Under the pieces are notes generated by a model. The model made no database searches, was not told the origin of the DNA, and saw only the letters and a program-made list of their open reading frames with translations. A stretch of 64,000 nucleotides of DNA from Octopus sinensis (lineage: Eukaryota), in the NCBI RefSeq assembly GCF_006345805.1, contig NC_042998.1:51894001-51958000 (forward strand), in the 5' to 3' direction. Every line of letters starts with the position of its first letter. The first letter of the stretch is position 1. Shown piece by piece: positions 25,761 through 39,190 of this stretch. The position numbers and the translations under genes were made by a program.

Positions 25761-25901
25761 GCTGGGTTGGAAAGGACTATCTAACCCATACAAACATGAA
25801 AATGCAGAAGTGAAAATGATGAAGATGACATGACGATGATATTTTTGTATGCATGCATGTGTATGTATATGCATTACATGTCCATGTATATACATGCATG
25901 T

Positions 25902-25938
<37 letters not shown>

Positions 25939-27001
25939 CACGTGTGTGTGTGTGTGTGTGTGTGTATACAGAGCATCTGTCCGAACAGTTATTGTCCTGT
26001 AAATTTCTCTCCCAATGCATTTAGTCAATTAGAAGACACAAGAGGAGACACATGCCTAAGGTACTGCCCACATGGTTTTGAGAAAAACTTTTTAACCACA
26101 CAACTATAATTGCACCTGTATTTCATTAAATCCTTTGCTTTTACAATCTGTTCTTTACGCTCGGTGTTCAAATTCCGCCGAGGTCGACTTTGCCCTTCCT
26201 CCTTTCGGGGTCGATAAATTAAGTACCAGTTGCGTACTGGATTAGATCTAACCAACTGGGCCCCTCCTCCAAAATTTCAGGCCTTGTGCCTAGAGTAGAA
26301 AAGAATCTAGATAAGAGAATACTTTTGTCTTGTAGGTGTTGAAAGTTGAGGAAACATGGAACAAATACTCAGTACTCTTTCTAAATTTAGCTGTAAGGGA
26401 AAATACTTGGTGGTACTTACTTCATAATATGTGAACTGTATTATGAAGAGGGTCATTCAAAGTCTTCGATGGGGTGGAGGTACAGCACAGTACCACTGAT
26501 TGTTATACATATACTTGACCCCTTTTTCTCTCTCCCCAGCAATTTGGATTTTTGAAGATAAAGACTTACATGGCTAGTATTGTTTGGTCCCATATCAGCT
26601 CTCATTAAGCAGATCTCTGATCAAAGGCACTCCAGTTGTGATCATTTCACCTTTTTTCATAGGCTAGTATATCTAAAACTAAGACAGCAGATTAGTTATA
26701 TTGTTAAGGTATTGAATAGAATGCATTGCTGAATTTGTTCCAACACTCTATGCTCTGGGTTCAAATCCTGTCACAATCACCTTTGCTTACCTTTCATTAC
26801 TCACATATAAAAGAAATATTTGGAAGACTTGATATAGTTTATGCTAATCTTATCTATTGGTCTATTCTAGTGGTTCTCATACCTTTTCAGGCTGCCGCCC
26901 CCTTAGCACTCAGGTCACATTCCCAGCATGCCCCCTCCATCCAACTTACTACCACAAACATAGACCACTTTCTGCATCAAATTCAACACAAGTCTATTTC
27001 A

Positions 27002-27224
27002 GTTCTGTATTTAAGTGATGAGGAATTATGTACATTATTTACATTTGATGGATATTTGTCCTCATCTTGTTTGTTGTTAACAGCTTTTCAGCTGATATAC
27101 CCTCCAGCCTTCGTCAGGTGTCTTGGGGAAATTTTGAACCTGGGTTCTCATTTCTAAGGTATTTTTCGATGTTATTATAATAACAACAAACGAGATGAGG
27201 ACAAATAACTGCCAAATGTAAATA
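27002..27224 (-). mobile_element. 5'-truncated copy of the HHR-tailed SINE with short inverted tail
   Basis: TSD AAGTCTATTTCA (26990-27001, 27225-27236); degenerate HHR 27078-27121; inverted tail 27181-27224. Confidence 0.8.
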
Positions 27225-28193
27225 AAGTCTATTTCACAAATAAAATTTAACCTAATTAACCATTATCTAGTTGCTTTTACATCCATCACCCCATTTTGGT
27301 GACTCCCAGCATGCCTCTTGGATTCCTTCCACCCCAGAGGAACAGTACCATGTGCATTGGGAACCACTGGTCAATACCGATTTACTATATGAGCCCATCA
27401 AATATTCTTTTCTACTCTAGGCACAAGGCCTGAAATTTTTTGGTGGGTGGTGCTAGTCGATTAGATCGACCCCAGTTTGCAACTGGTACTTAATTATTCA
27501 ACCCTGAAAGGATGAAATGCAAAGTTGACTTCGGGGGAATTTTAATTCAGAACGTAAAGGCAGACGAAATATTGCTAAGCATTTTACCCGGCATGCTAAC
27601 GTTTCTGCCAGCTTGCCGCCTTGAGCCCATCAAATATCAATTGTTGATATAAACGTTGATACATGAGCATACTTTACAACTGTTATTTTAATTATAGGTT
27701 TAAAATTTTGGCACAAGATCTGCGAATTTGGGGAGGGGTAAGTCGATTACATTACCCTCAGTACTCAATGAGCACTTATTTTATTGACACCTAAAGGATG
27801 AAAAGCAAAATTGATCTCAGTGGAATTTGAACTCAGAACGTAAAGACAGATGAAATACCACTAAGCATTTTGGATGGAGTGATAACAATTCTGCCAGCTC
27901 TCTGCCTTAGCTGCTTTTATGATTATAGCAATTCCTACTGGAATTAAAGTATTTAGATGATTAGCAGCTATTTATGTTATTTAAAAAGTTGCAATCTAGG
28001 GAAGTTGTCTACCAGACAAGGGAAAGGCAAGGGCTGATACAGCTTGGTGCCTGTGACGTTGCAACTCATTTCTACAGCTGAATGAACTGGAGCAACGTGA
28101 AATAAAGTGTCTTGCTCAAGAACACAACACGCAGTCCGGTCCGGGGTTCGAACTCACAACCTCATGATCGTAACTATTGAGCCATGCACCTTC

Positions 28194-28250
<57 letters not shown>

Positions 28251-28252
28251 AG

Positions 28253-28536
28253 AAAACAGGAAAATGGAAATGTTTTGGCATTATTTATTCTCCATTACAT
28301 GCATTTCATTTGCTACTAGGAATTACAAAGATTTACATGTTATATAGACATGTAAGTAATTTCCTATTAGAAAATCATAAGATAGACGAAATTTTATATG
28401 GAAAGGTCTGACAATTTTCTAATAGGAAATTCCTTATATGTCTATATAGCATGTAAATCTTTGTAATTCCTATTAGCAAATGAAATACGTGTAATGGAGA
28501 ATAAATAATACCAAAAAATTTCCATTTTCTTGTTTT
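28253..28536. repeat. 123-bp imperfect inverted repeat
   Basis: 28253-28375 vs 28414-28536 with a 38-nt spacer, abutting (TG)n. Confidence 0.9.
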
Positions 28537-28956
28537 GTTATTCAACAACTCTGCAAATAATATTTCCATAATTCTCAATTTTTATATATGTCTTGATTTA
28601 GATGTGAAACTAATTCTGGATGCATATTGATTGTGATAATAGAATAAGCAGATGTGCTATACTGCAACTGTCTTACTTCTGACTGGAGTTCAAAATTTTT
28701 CTTGTTTTTATAAAGAGAACATGGCTCAAATTAGTACCTGTTTTGGATATAATTTGATTGGACAAGGATGATCACATGATTAGGTTAAAAATTGGTGTAA
28801 GTTCCTTGCTATGTCCATTTTGGCTAAAATGAGTAATCCTGTGATAGATGGCATCCCATCAAGAAGGTTGTAGACACACCAAAGAATCTGGAATACCAGA
28901 CTTATGAGCCTATGGCGCAAAAAGGACTTTTAATAATGATGATGTATATATTTTAT

Positions 28957-29148
28957 ATAGGAGTGGCTGTGTGGTAAGTAGCTTGCTTACCAACTACATG
29001 GTTCTGAGTTCAGTCCCACTGCGTAGCACCTTGGGCAAGTGACTTCTACTATAGCTTTGGGCTGACCAAAGCCTTGTGAGTGGATTTGGTTGACAGAAAC
29101 TAAAAGAAGCCCATCATGCATATATGTGTATATCTATCTATCTATCTA

Positions 29149-29212
<64 letters not shown>

Positions 29213-29415
29213 TATATGTATTATGTATGTATGTATGCATGTATGTGTGTGTATATGTTTGTATGTCCGTGTTTGTTCCCCTAACATTGCTTGACAACTG
29301 ATGCTGGTGTTTTTACGTCCCTATAACCTAGTGGTTCAGCAAAAGAGACCAATAGAATAAGTCCTGGGGTCAATTTGCTTGACTAAAGGTGGTGCTCCAA
29401 CATGGCCACAGTCAA
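28957..29415 (+). mobile_element. SINE family A
   Basis: Head ggagtggctgtgtggtaag...gagttcagtcccac, CORE-like accttgggcaagtg, internal microsatellite. Confidence 0.88.
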
Positions 29416-29416
29416 C

Positions 29417-29448
<32 letters not shown>

Positions 29449-30099
29449 AATATATAACATATATATATATATATATATATATATGTATAGCAAGAGAGAT
29501 AGGAAAAGTGAGTTGTAAGCATGTATGCAAATATGCATGAAAGAATGTTTGACTTATATGAAATTCTATTAGGAAAGTATGTTTTTCATTCATAAATGGT
29601 ACTTGTAAACATGAATTGTTATCGAGAAAAATACTTATTGTTTAATATATTCACAGACTCTCACATAGATTCATCACACATTCACACTCCTTGACACACT
29701 TACACACTTTTATACACATTCATACACATTCATACACATACATTCATACACTCAAGACACACACATTCACAAGTTTTCAACTTGCTCATGAATGTATAAA
29801 CAAATAGGACAACCCATCACACAACTTTTATGTATTGAGAATGATAAGTAAGTCTAAATGTCAAACAAATAATGACCAGTGAATTTACAAATATAGAAAA
29901 TATATTGGATAGCCAATTGTAAATTAAATATCCATAAAAATAAATTGACAGCAAATTAATACAAATGCCTGTTCTTTCAAATGAAGTTTAAATCTAATCG
30001 AGAGAGCAAATGAAATAAAATAATGGAAATCTGTTTTATTTCATTTAAAAAAAGTTATCAGTTTTTGTTGTATCCTATATTTTGGTTGAAACTGGAATT

Positions 30100-30501
30100 T
30101 TAATTTATAACTTTTGAATACAAAGAAACAGGAAAAAAAGGGAGATAAGAAAGGTAAAGAAAGAAAAGCGAAAAAAGGGGGAATAAAGCAGCGGGGCGTA
30201 GAAGTGGGGGTGGCGATGGGCTATACACACCGGAACCTAATGGTATGCTCAGCTGCACCCTGCTGAATTATGACTCTCTTTTACTCTTTACTCTTTTACT
30301 TGTTTCAGTCAATTGACTGCGGCCATGCTGGAGCACCGCCTTTAATCGAGCAACTCGACCCCAGGACTTATTCTTTTGTAAGCCTAGTACTTATTCTATC
30401 GGTCTCTTTTGTGAACCACTAAGTTACGGGACATAAAGACACCAGCATCGGTTATCAAGCAATGCTAGGGGGACATACACAGACACACAAACACACACAC
30501 A

Positions 30502-30541
<40 letters not shown>

Positions 30542-30887
30542 TACGATGGGCTTCTTTCAGTTTCCGTCTACCAAATCCACTCACAAGGCTTTGGTCGGCC
30601 CAAGGCTATAGTAGAAAACACTTACCCAAGGTGCCACGCAGTGGGACTGAACCCGGAACCATGTGGTTGGTGAACAAGCTACTTACCACACAGCCACTCC
30701 CGATGATGATGCATTGTCACAGAAAATGGCCAGCAACTCTCATTGCAGCAGCTACTCCACCTTGTGGGGCTCATTTCTCTGACAGGCCGTTGTTCCCCCT
30801 ATTTTGTGGAGGAAATCAGTCATAAGGGGTCCTAGAATGTCTGATGTCTTGACATCAACTAGCACAAACTGACAGTGGCTAGCCAAC
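30100..30887 (-). mobile_element. Second CRE-like LINE fossil, interrupted by SINE A (30273-30700, minus)
   Basis: LASHCQFVLVDVKTSDILGPLMTDFLHKIG and 3' UTR gctgagcataccattag are homologous to 2690-2930. Confidence 0.75.
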
Positions 30888-31719
30888 ATCATCATCATCC
30901 TCATCATTGTCCATGCTGGCATGGGTTGGATGGTTTGACCAGGGCTGGTAAGCTGAGGACTGCACCAGATGCCAGTCTGATTTGGTATGATTTCTACAAC
31001 TGGATGCCCTTCCTAATGCTAACCACTCTGAGAGTGTAATGGGTGCTTTTACATGCCACTGGCATGGGTGCCATTTGCATGAGACCAGTGCCTACCAGAC
31101 TACAATTTCACTTGGCTTGAAGGGTGTTCTTCTCTTGTATTTATTGATTTTTCACCTGAGTTTGCAGCCAATCTTGCAAGGTTGGAACCAGAGAACGTGT
31201 CAGAGAACTGTAGATACCACTACGCACCTTCTATTTATTATTTGTCATTTATTACAAATCTAATTCATTCTAATGTAAACTGCAACTAACTAACCAATTA
31301 TACTGACTATCATTATTTTTCCACTGTAAACTTTATCTGAAATGCTCCTAGCTTCCCTAAAATATTCATGCTCTCTATACAATGGTAATTATACAAACAC
31401 AATGGCTCAGTGGTTACAGTGTCAGGCTCATAATCATGAGGTAGTGAGTTTGAATTCCAAACCTGGCTGTATGTTGTGGTCTTGAGCAAGACACTTTATT
31501 TCACATTGCTCCAGTTTACTCAGCTGTAGAAATGAATTGTGATGTCATTGGTGCCAAGCTGTATCAGTCTTTGCCTTTCGCTTGGATAACATCGATGGTG
31601 TGAAAAGGGAGCAACTGCTGGTCTTCCACAAACAACCTTGCTTAGACTTGTGCCTTGGGTGGTAACTTTCTAGGTGTAATCTCATGGACATTCAGGGCTG
31701 AAGTGGGTCTTTACCTTTT

Positions 31720-32780
31720 ATACAATGGTCATACTGTTTATATAACAATCATACCTTTTCTATAATGGACATAGTCTATTATGTTCATATCTTCTATGTA
31801 ATGGTCATGTGCTTTCTACAATATATTAATTATAGTCAATTGTCATACCCTTTCTATAATGGTCACACTGTTCTATATATAATTGTCATGCTCTCTCGGC
31901 TACTGTTAGACTCTATAATAGTAATACTTTCTCTATAACAAATTATACTGTTTCTACAACAGGCACACTTTTTCTGTAATTATCATATTCTCTGTATAAT
32001 TGTCATACTCTTATTGTCGTCGTCGTCGTCGTCATCATCATCATCATCATCATCATCATTTTAATGTTTTCCCACGCTTGTATGGGCTGGAAAGTGTTTG
32101 TCGAGGAGGATTTTCTCCAGTCAGATGTCCTTTCAGTCACCAATCCATGACCTATCTCCAAGTAAAGTAATGTTATTTCTCATGATCAGACATGTTTTTA
32201 TGGAAGATTGGAAATGAAGGACCATCTCTGGTATGATGATGAAGCTTATTAGGGACTATCATGCAATGTTAAGACATGGAGACCACTAAAACACACATGC
32301 ATGCACGTGCATGCACACACACATATGCAACAGGTATCTTTCAGTTTCCATATGCCTAATCCATTCACAAGACTTTGGTTAGCCCAGGGCTATAGTAGAA
32401 GACAGTTACCCAAGGTGCAATGTTGGAAATAAATGACACTGCTTGAATGACAGTGACAATCACAACTACCATATAATGTCAACGCAAGAAGACACAAACA
32501 TGTGTGTGTGTGTGTGAGTATTTATATGACAGGCTTCTTTCAGTTTCCATCTACTAAATCCATTCCAAGGCTTTGGTCATCCCAAGGCTATAGTAGAAGA
32601 TGTGTGCCCAAGGTGCCATTCATTGGGACTGAAACCAGAATCATGTGGTTGGGAGGCAAACTTCTTAACTACACAGTCATGCCTGTGTCTACTATAATGG
32701 TTGTACAACCACTATATTGGTCATACCCTCTCTATAATGGCCTCACCCTCTCTATAATCTTCATATCCTTTCCATAAGAA
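31720..32780. repeat. Degenerate ~21-bp minisatellite (ctataatggtcatacyst..), split by SINE insertions
   Basis: Recurring tataatkgtcatac units at 31720-32010 and 32690-32775. Confidence 0.7.
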
Positions 32781-33469
32781 GTTTAATAATTGTAGTATTT
32801 CCTCTTTCCTTCTGAAAACTCTGATCGTTCACTCTAATGATTTCTCCACTAACAAAAGACCTCCCCACACGAAATATTTATTGTTACAATCTCTCATGAT
32901 TCACCAGCATCATTCTCTATAGTTTGTACTTCTAATCTGCTTCATGCTAACATAGAAAACTACATAATTACTGAATCTTGTGAATATTCTAAACAAAGGC
33001 AATATCTTGAAATTCTATCAGCCATTAGCAAGAGGTCAATCATATAAATTATTTAAGAAGTGATGCCACGAGCCAACAAGACAGTATCTTTCTCAAACAG
33101 GATCCAAATAAACTAGAATCGATTTTCAAATTAATCTGTCGTGCTGAAGACAACCAAGAATAGACTTGGTGGATATTGGACAATAATTAAATTTGAAATA
33201 GTTTTCTAAAACACAGGAAGGACACATTATGAACAAATCAACATTTTACTGGTTTTGTCAATGAGCTTTTAAATGAACCTAACAAGGAGTAATGTGCAAA
33301 GAGATGGAAGGCTAAACTTTTAGGTCCCGAAATATTGGACAGTTAAAAGAACAACAGCAACAACAATAAAAACCAAACAAAGATTACTTGGTAACTTACT
33401 TTCAATTTTCGTTACCTCATCTTACAGTGCATTTTGCATTGTTTAGCCTTCTATCTCTTTCTATGTTAC

Positions 33470-33640
33470 ATATCATGTACACTGCTTCAAGCAAACTATA
33501 ACATTGGTGGTCCCAATCGGATATGTAGTCTATGTGGGCGTCTTTTAAAAACATTGGCTAGTTTAAAAAGTCACATCAGATGCCATGATGGTTCTAAGGT
33601 GTAGGTGGTCTAAGTGGTCAAACTCTCCTCCATAAAGAGT
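33470..33640 (+). mobile_element. RTE-type LINE terminal C2H2 finger fragment
   Basis: ICSLCGRLLKTLASLKSHIRCHDGSKV*: a single finger followed by a stop, as at RTE C-termini. Confidence 0.55.
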
Positions 33641-35373
33641 AGATCACTACCACCATATATATATGTAAAAGCACCCACTACACTCTCGGAGTGGTTGGCG
33701 TTAGGAAGGGCATCCAGCAGTAGAAACTCTGTCAGATCAAGATTCAAGCCTGGTGCAGCCATCTGGTTAGCCAGCCCTCAGTCATTCATCCAACCCATGC
33801 TAGCATGGAAAGCGGACGTTAAACGATGTTTTATATATACATACATATACATACATACATACATGTATGTATATATAGTATGTATATGTAGGTGTATTTA
33901 CTTGGTCTCTCACCCTGATAGAAAGAGCTCCCAAATCTCCCTAAAATCACACCTTGCCATCCTAGGAAAAGTAGGAAGAATACAAAGGAATGGATGTGTG
34001 GTGAGAAGTTTGTTTACCAACCACGTGGTTCTGGGTTCAGTCCCACTGTGTTGCACTTTGGGCAAGAGTCTTCTACTATAGCCTTGAGATGACCTAAACC
34101 TTGTGAACGGATTTGGAAGATGGAAACTGAAAGAAGCCCATTATATCAATACACACACACATGCCCCCCCTCACACTCTCACAACATGAACGCGTGCACA
34201 CACACACACACACACACATATATAGTATGTATATGAGTGAGTGCTGAAAACTTCCTGGCTCTGGGTAAAATAAAATACAGGAGGATCAATTAATTATGAT
34301 TTTATTCAAAATATTTCCCTCTTGGGTTCACACACTTATTGCAGGGGTCCTTCAGTTTTTCTACGCTTTGTAAAAGAACTCAGAAGTTTGGTCCTCCAGC
34401 CAGGCCTTTTTGCAATACTCTTAAAGCCAGGAACTTTTCAGCACCCCCTCGTATGAATGTGTACATATGTATATATATATGCGCACGTGTGTGTGTGTGT
34501 GTGAATGTCTGTGCTTGTGTGTGTTTGTGTATATTTGTTCCATTTAGCCCATTTGTATTAAAGTCATGATGTCAGTGCAGCGTTGTTGGCACTTCCGTCA
34601 ATAAATTGTCTGCTTATTTCAAGGCCATGCAGAGTAGGAAAAGAAGCTTTACTTGTAAAACAGGTAGAGGTTAGCATCGGTTGTTGTAAAACATACTCAT
34701 CTGACTTAAGTTGGCATGAAAAAATAAGTATAAGAACATCCATTTAACCAGCAACATAGAAGCATCTATGTATTCTTTTGTCCATTTCTGCCTTCAAAGT
34801 ATTTATATGCACTGAATACTTTAAATGAATTTTCTTCTCATAAGAACATCAAAAGCTTTCTACATAGCTTCACACACACACACACACACACTAATACATG
34901 CATACTTACATACATACATATGTGTATGTGTGTGTGTGTGTGTGTGTGTATATGCAAATGTTGAACGGTGAAATGAGCGCTCAACACTGCATTGGTAGAT
35001 GTATGACGTTAATTCACAAATAAAGAATATGTATATATACTTACACACATACGCATGCATATGTATGTGTGTGTGTATATATATATGTGTGTGTATGTGT
35101 GTATGTGTGTATGTATGTATGTGTATCTATCTATCTATCTATTTAGCTAGCTAGCTATTTATATTTCAGGATCATCATTTTATTGCCAAATATATATATT
35201 GATATATACATACATTTATATGTGTGTTTATATGAATGTATAAATATATATACACATACATATATACATACATACATACATACATGCATACATGCATACA
35301 AACACACACACACACACACACACACTTAGACACACACACACACATCTATATCTATCTATCTATCTATTAATCC

Positions 35374-35407
<34 letters not shown>

Positions 35408-35797
35408 ATCTATCTATCTATCTATTTATGTAAAAATGTATCTGTGTGTATATGTAAATATGTGTGTGTGTATGTGTATGTGTGTGTGCATGTGTGTGTG
35501 TGTGCTTGTGTATATGAGTGTGTGGGTGAGACTGTATGCAGAAAGCGTTAGATGTTCTTATGAGTGCTCAGTGTGTATAAGAAATACTCTCAAGTGGTAA
35601 ACGGACAAAGGAATGCATAAATGCTTGTATGTCACAGGTTAAATGACAATTGCTAACTGAATTTCTAGGTGAATTTGCATTAATACATACATACACATAC
35701 ATACATACATACATATATACATACATACATACATACATACATGCATGCATACATACATACATGCATGCATGCATGCATGCATGCATGCATGCATACA

Positions 35798-35830
<33 letters not shown>

Positions 35831-35841
35831 GCATCAAAAAT

Positions 35842-35953
35842 AAAAATACCCTGTTGTTGATGTTGAAATTTCAATAAAAGGGCCTTGGATCTAGGTTAGA
35901 AACTGGCTGTTTCTCTTTTGGCAAGAAATCTTGAAATAAAACTGAATAATGAC
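35842..35953 (+). mobile_element. ~110-bp repeat embedded in (CATA)n; second copy 49429-49538 in opposite orientation
   Basis: Shared aaaaataccctgttgtt...ccttggatctaggttagaaac...gcaagaaa.cttgaaataaaactgaataatgac. Confidence 0.75.
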
Positions 35954-36064
35954 ATCCATCCATATCCATCCATCCATCCATCCATCCATCCATCCATCCA
36001 TCCATACATGCATACATACATACATACATACATACATACATACATACATACATACATACATACA

Positions 36065-36096
<32 letters not shown>

Positions 36097-36220
36097 AACA
36101 CATATACTGCATACACATTCATGCACTTTCTCAACTTGCTTCTGTTGCCATATCAAGTTGGCTTTAATTATTACATTCATTAGTTAATTATAAAGAGAGA
36201 AAAAGAGAGAGAAAAGAGAG

Positions 36221-36269
<49 letters not shown>

Positions 36270-36379
36270 GAGAATGTGTGGAAGGATAGAGGAAAAGAGA
36301 GTGAAAGTGAGTGGGCCAGCTGATAAACTAAAGGCATGAAAGGCCGTGTAAAGTCATGCTTTTAGGAGTTGTATATCCA

Positions 36380-37130
36380 CACACACACAAGCTCGCATAT
36401 ATAATGATTAATGGTGATGATGCTAATGAAATTTCTTGCAAAGAACAACTTATGAGCATAGAGTATCTTGCTAGATTTACTTGTTCCACTGGAAAGAGAG
36501 TATCAATGATATTCCTTCATTTCATAAAGTCAAATTATATCTCATCTAAGCTTACTCTTACTCTTTTACTGTTTTACTTGTTGCAGTCATTTAACTGTGG
36601 CCATGCTGGAGCACCGCCTTTAGTTGAGCAAATCGACCCCAGGACTTATTCTTTGTAAGCCTAGTACTTATTCTATCAGGCTCTTTTGCAGAACTACTAT
36701 GTTACAGAGATGTAAACACACCAGCATCGGTTGTCAAGTAATGTTGGGGGGACAAACACAGACACACAAACACATACATACATATATATGACGGGCTTCT
36801 TTCAGTTTCCGTGTACCAAATCCACTCACAAGGCTTTGGTTGGCCCGAGGCTATAGTAGAAGACACTTGCCCAAGGTGCCACACAGTGGGACTGAACCTG
36901 GAACCATGTGATTTATAAGCAAGCTATTTACCACACAGCCACTCCTACGCCTATACTTACCACACAGCCACTCCTACACCTAAGCTTATTCATTTCTTAA
37001 TCAGTTTTGCTTGTCAATTGTTTAGTAACTTTCATAACCTGGTTCACCAAATTGATGCCTCTGCACTTACTTCTTTCCAGAGCATCTCCTTTATCCTTGT
37101 AATAGTTGAAAATAATATCGCTATGTTAGT
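36380..37130 (-). mobile_element. RTE RT fossil interrupted by SINE A (36553-36955)
   Basis: IIFNYYKDKGDALERSKCRGINLVNQVMKV matches the RTE 'KGKGD.....NYRGIKL' motif. Confidence 0.75.
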
Positions 37131-37231
37131 CATTGCCTTCATATTCTTAACCCTTTTACTGCAGACTATAGATATATCTGATATAGTGGCATTTCATTAC
37201 TCTTAACTGCAGAATTCAGATTACTCTATGA

Positions 37232-37732
37232 CAAGGGGGTCATCTAACTATGGCCCAAGGGCTGGATCTGGCCTGCAAGGCCAGTTCATTCAGCCTGCTA
37301 CCGCACTGTACCTTTTGTGCAAGTACCTGCAATGAGAGTTCATTTGGAGCAACTTCTTTGAGCAAACATTTTCAAAAATGAAGTATGTGAAGTCAGCACA
37401 TCGAACAAGGTTGATTGATGGACATTTGAAAGCAATTCCTTTGGTAGGATGCAGCAAACACCAGTTTTACAAATCTCACTAACCTCTTTTGATACTTAGT
37501 TTGTGAGATTCAGATATGTGCACACTAAGTGTGATATGTGCACACTGGGTGTGATATAACTATCATATTGCTAATGTTACCTTCTTTGATAACTTTTTGG
37601 TAAATATATAAGTTGGTTGTCTTTATTTTTTGTGTGTTTGTTGTATTGTAATTGAAAAAAATGGTTATGTGGCCCACGCTTGCCATTCTCTCAGTAATCT
37701 GGTCCACTGTGAAAAAAGTTTGGTGACGCCTG
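37232..37732 (+). mobile_element. hAT (Charlie/SPIN-like) deletion derivative
   Basis: 8-bp TSD CTCTATGA (37224-37231, 37733-37740); FSKMKYVKSAHRTRLIDGHLKAI resembles the hAT C-terminal dimerisation domain. Confidence 0.85.
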
Positions 37733-38879
37733 CTCTATGAAATGCAATGCTTATTAATTCACATTGTTTTGAATTAATCCGGCATTATTTCGTAGCTTCC
37801 AGATTTTGATGATGTGCCTCGTCTGGCACCTGTGCCAGTGGAATGTAAAAAGCACCCACTACACTCACGGAGTGGTTGGCATTAGGAAGGGCATCCAGCT
37901 GTAGAAACACTGCCAGATCAGACTGGGCCTGGTGCAGTCTTCTGGCTTCCCAGACTCCGGTTGAACCGTCCGACCCATGCTAGCATGGAAAGCGGATGTT
38001 AAACGATGATGATGATGATGATGATGATTATGATTATCTATTTTCAGGACAACAGTGTAGGGTATGTGTGAGAGGCTGGATCTGGCCAGTTTAAACATAA
38101 AATAGGTAGAATATTTGGGCCAGATATACCCAGTTTCAATGCTAAAGGGATATACCAATCTATCTTTTGTTGAGGGATGTCCTTTTTGAAACTTTGACTG
38201 TACCCTTCTGAAGGTGGACCTTTGCACCCAAAATATCTAAAAGTTTTTCAACTTTCATCCCTGCATTGTTAGAAGCTTTCCTCCCTTCATTTATCATTTT
38301 ATTTAAAACTATTTTCTGTAGAGATATGTCAAGTTCATTGAGGCAATCTTGACTTGCAAATAATAGCGATTCTGTTTCTAGGTAGGTATTTAACATCATA
38401 ACTGGAATGATTATGAAATTTCATGTTACAGTCAAAGGTTTACTCATGCTGTCAACTGTCCACAAGGCTGTCTACTTTAGTGGCTTGTCACTCTCTGTTT
38501 GGGTTACACTTTCTTCTTCCTAATGCTTTCTCTTTTTAAATTTTCAATAACAGCCTTTCCATTCATTTTTCTGTTCATCATAATTGTTGTCATCATCATC
38601 AACATTTAATGACCATTTTCCATGCTGGAATGGGTTGGACAGCTTGACAGGACTGGCAAGGCCAAGGGCCACACAAGGTTCCATGGTCTGTTTTGGATTG
38701 GTTTCTACAGCTGGATGCCCTTCTTAATGCCAACCACTTTACAGAATGTACTGGGTACTTTTTATGTGGTACCATCACCAGTACATTTTATGTGGCACCA
38801 GAACCAATGCTTTTTATGTGGCATCAGCATCCACACCAATGCTTTTGACATGGCACTTTTGGTTTTTGGATATCAGTTC

Positions 38880-39190
38880 TGTTGTGGCAGGTGAGTCATC
38901 TTGAGTACAGCAAAGTGTCACATATCTTGGTCTTCTGTCATCTCCTTCATATGGTTCAGCATTTTGAGATTGATCTTCAATACTTCTTTCCATGTCTTCC
39001 TGGGTCTTCCTCTTCCACAACTACCTTCCACTTTCAGTCAGAGAGGTTCCAGAAACCACTTACATTCCAAACACACTTCTCCCTAATGATTTCTTCATTC
39101 TCTTCATGTGCTTGCCTTACTATCTGGAACTCTTACACATCTCTAACCTACATGTCACAAATCATGCCCAGATTTCTTACTTTACATGGA
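38880..39190 (-). mobile_element. RTE LINE 3' end fossil
   Basis: Minus strand ...GSCGRGRPRKTWKEVLKINLK-type C-terminal motif. Confidence 0.7.

Noticed and set aside
33470-33605. Host C2H2 zinc-finger gene
   Set aside because: Single finger with no TGEKP linker and an immediate stop; fits an RTE LINE terminus.
37069-37180. Minus-strand exon with GTAAGT donor
   Set aside because: The reading frame continues through the donor as an RTE reverse transcriptase motif, so it is a LINE fossil.
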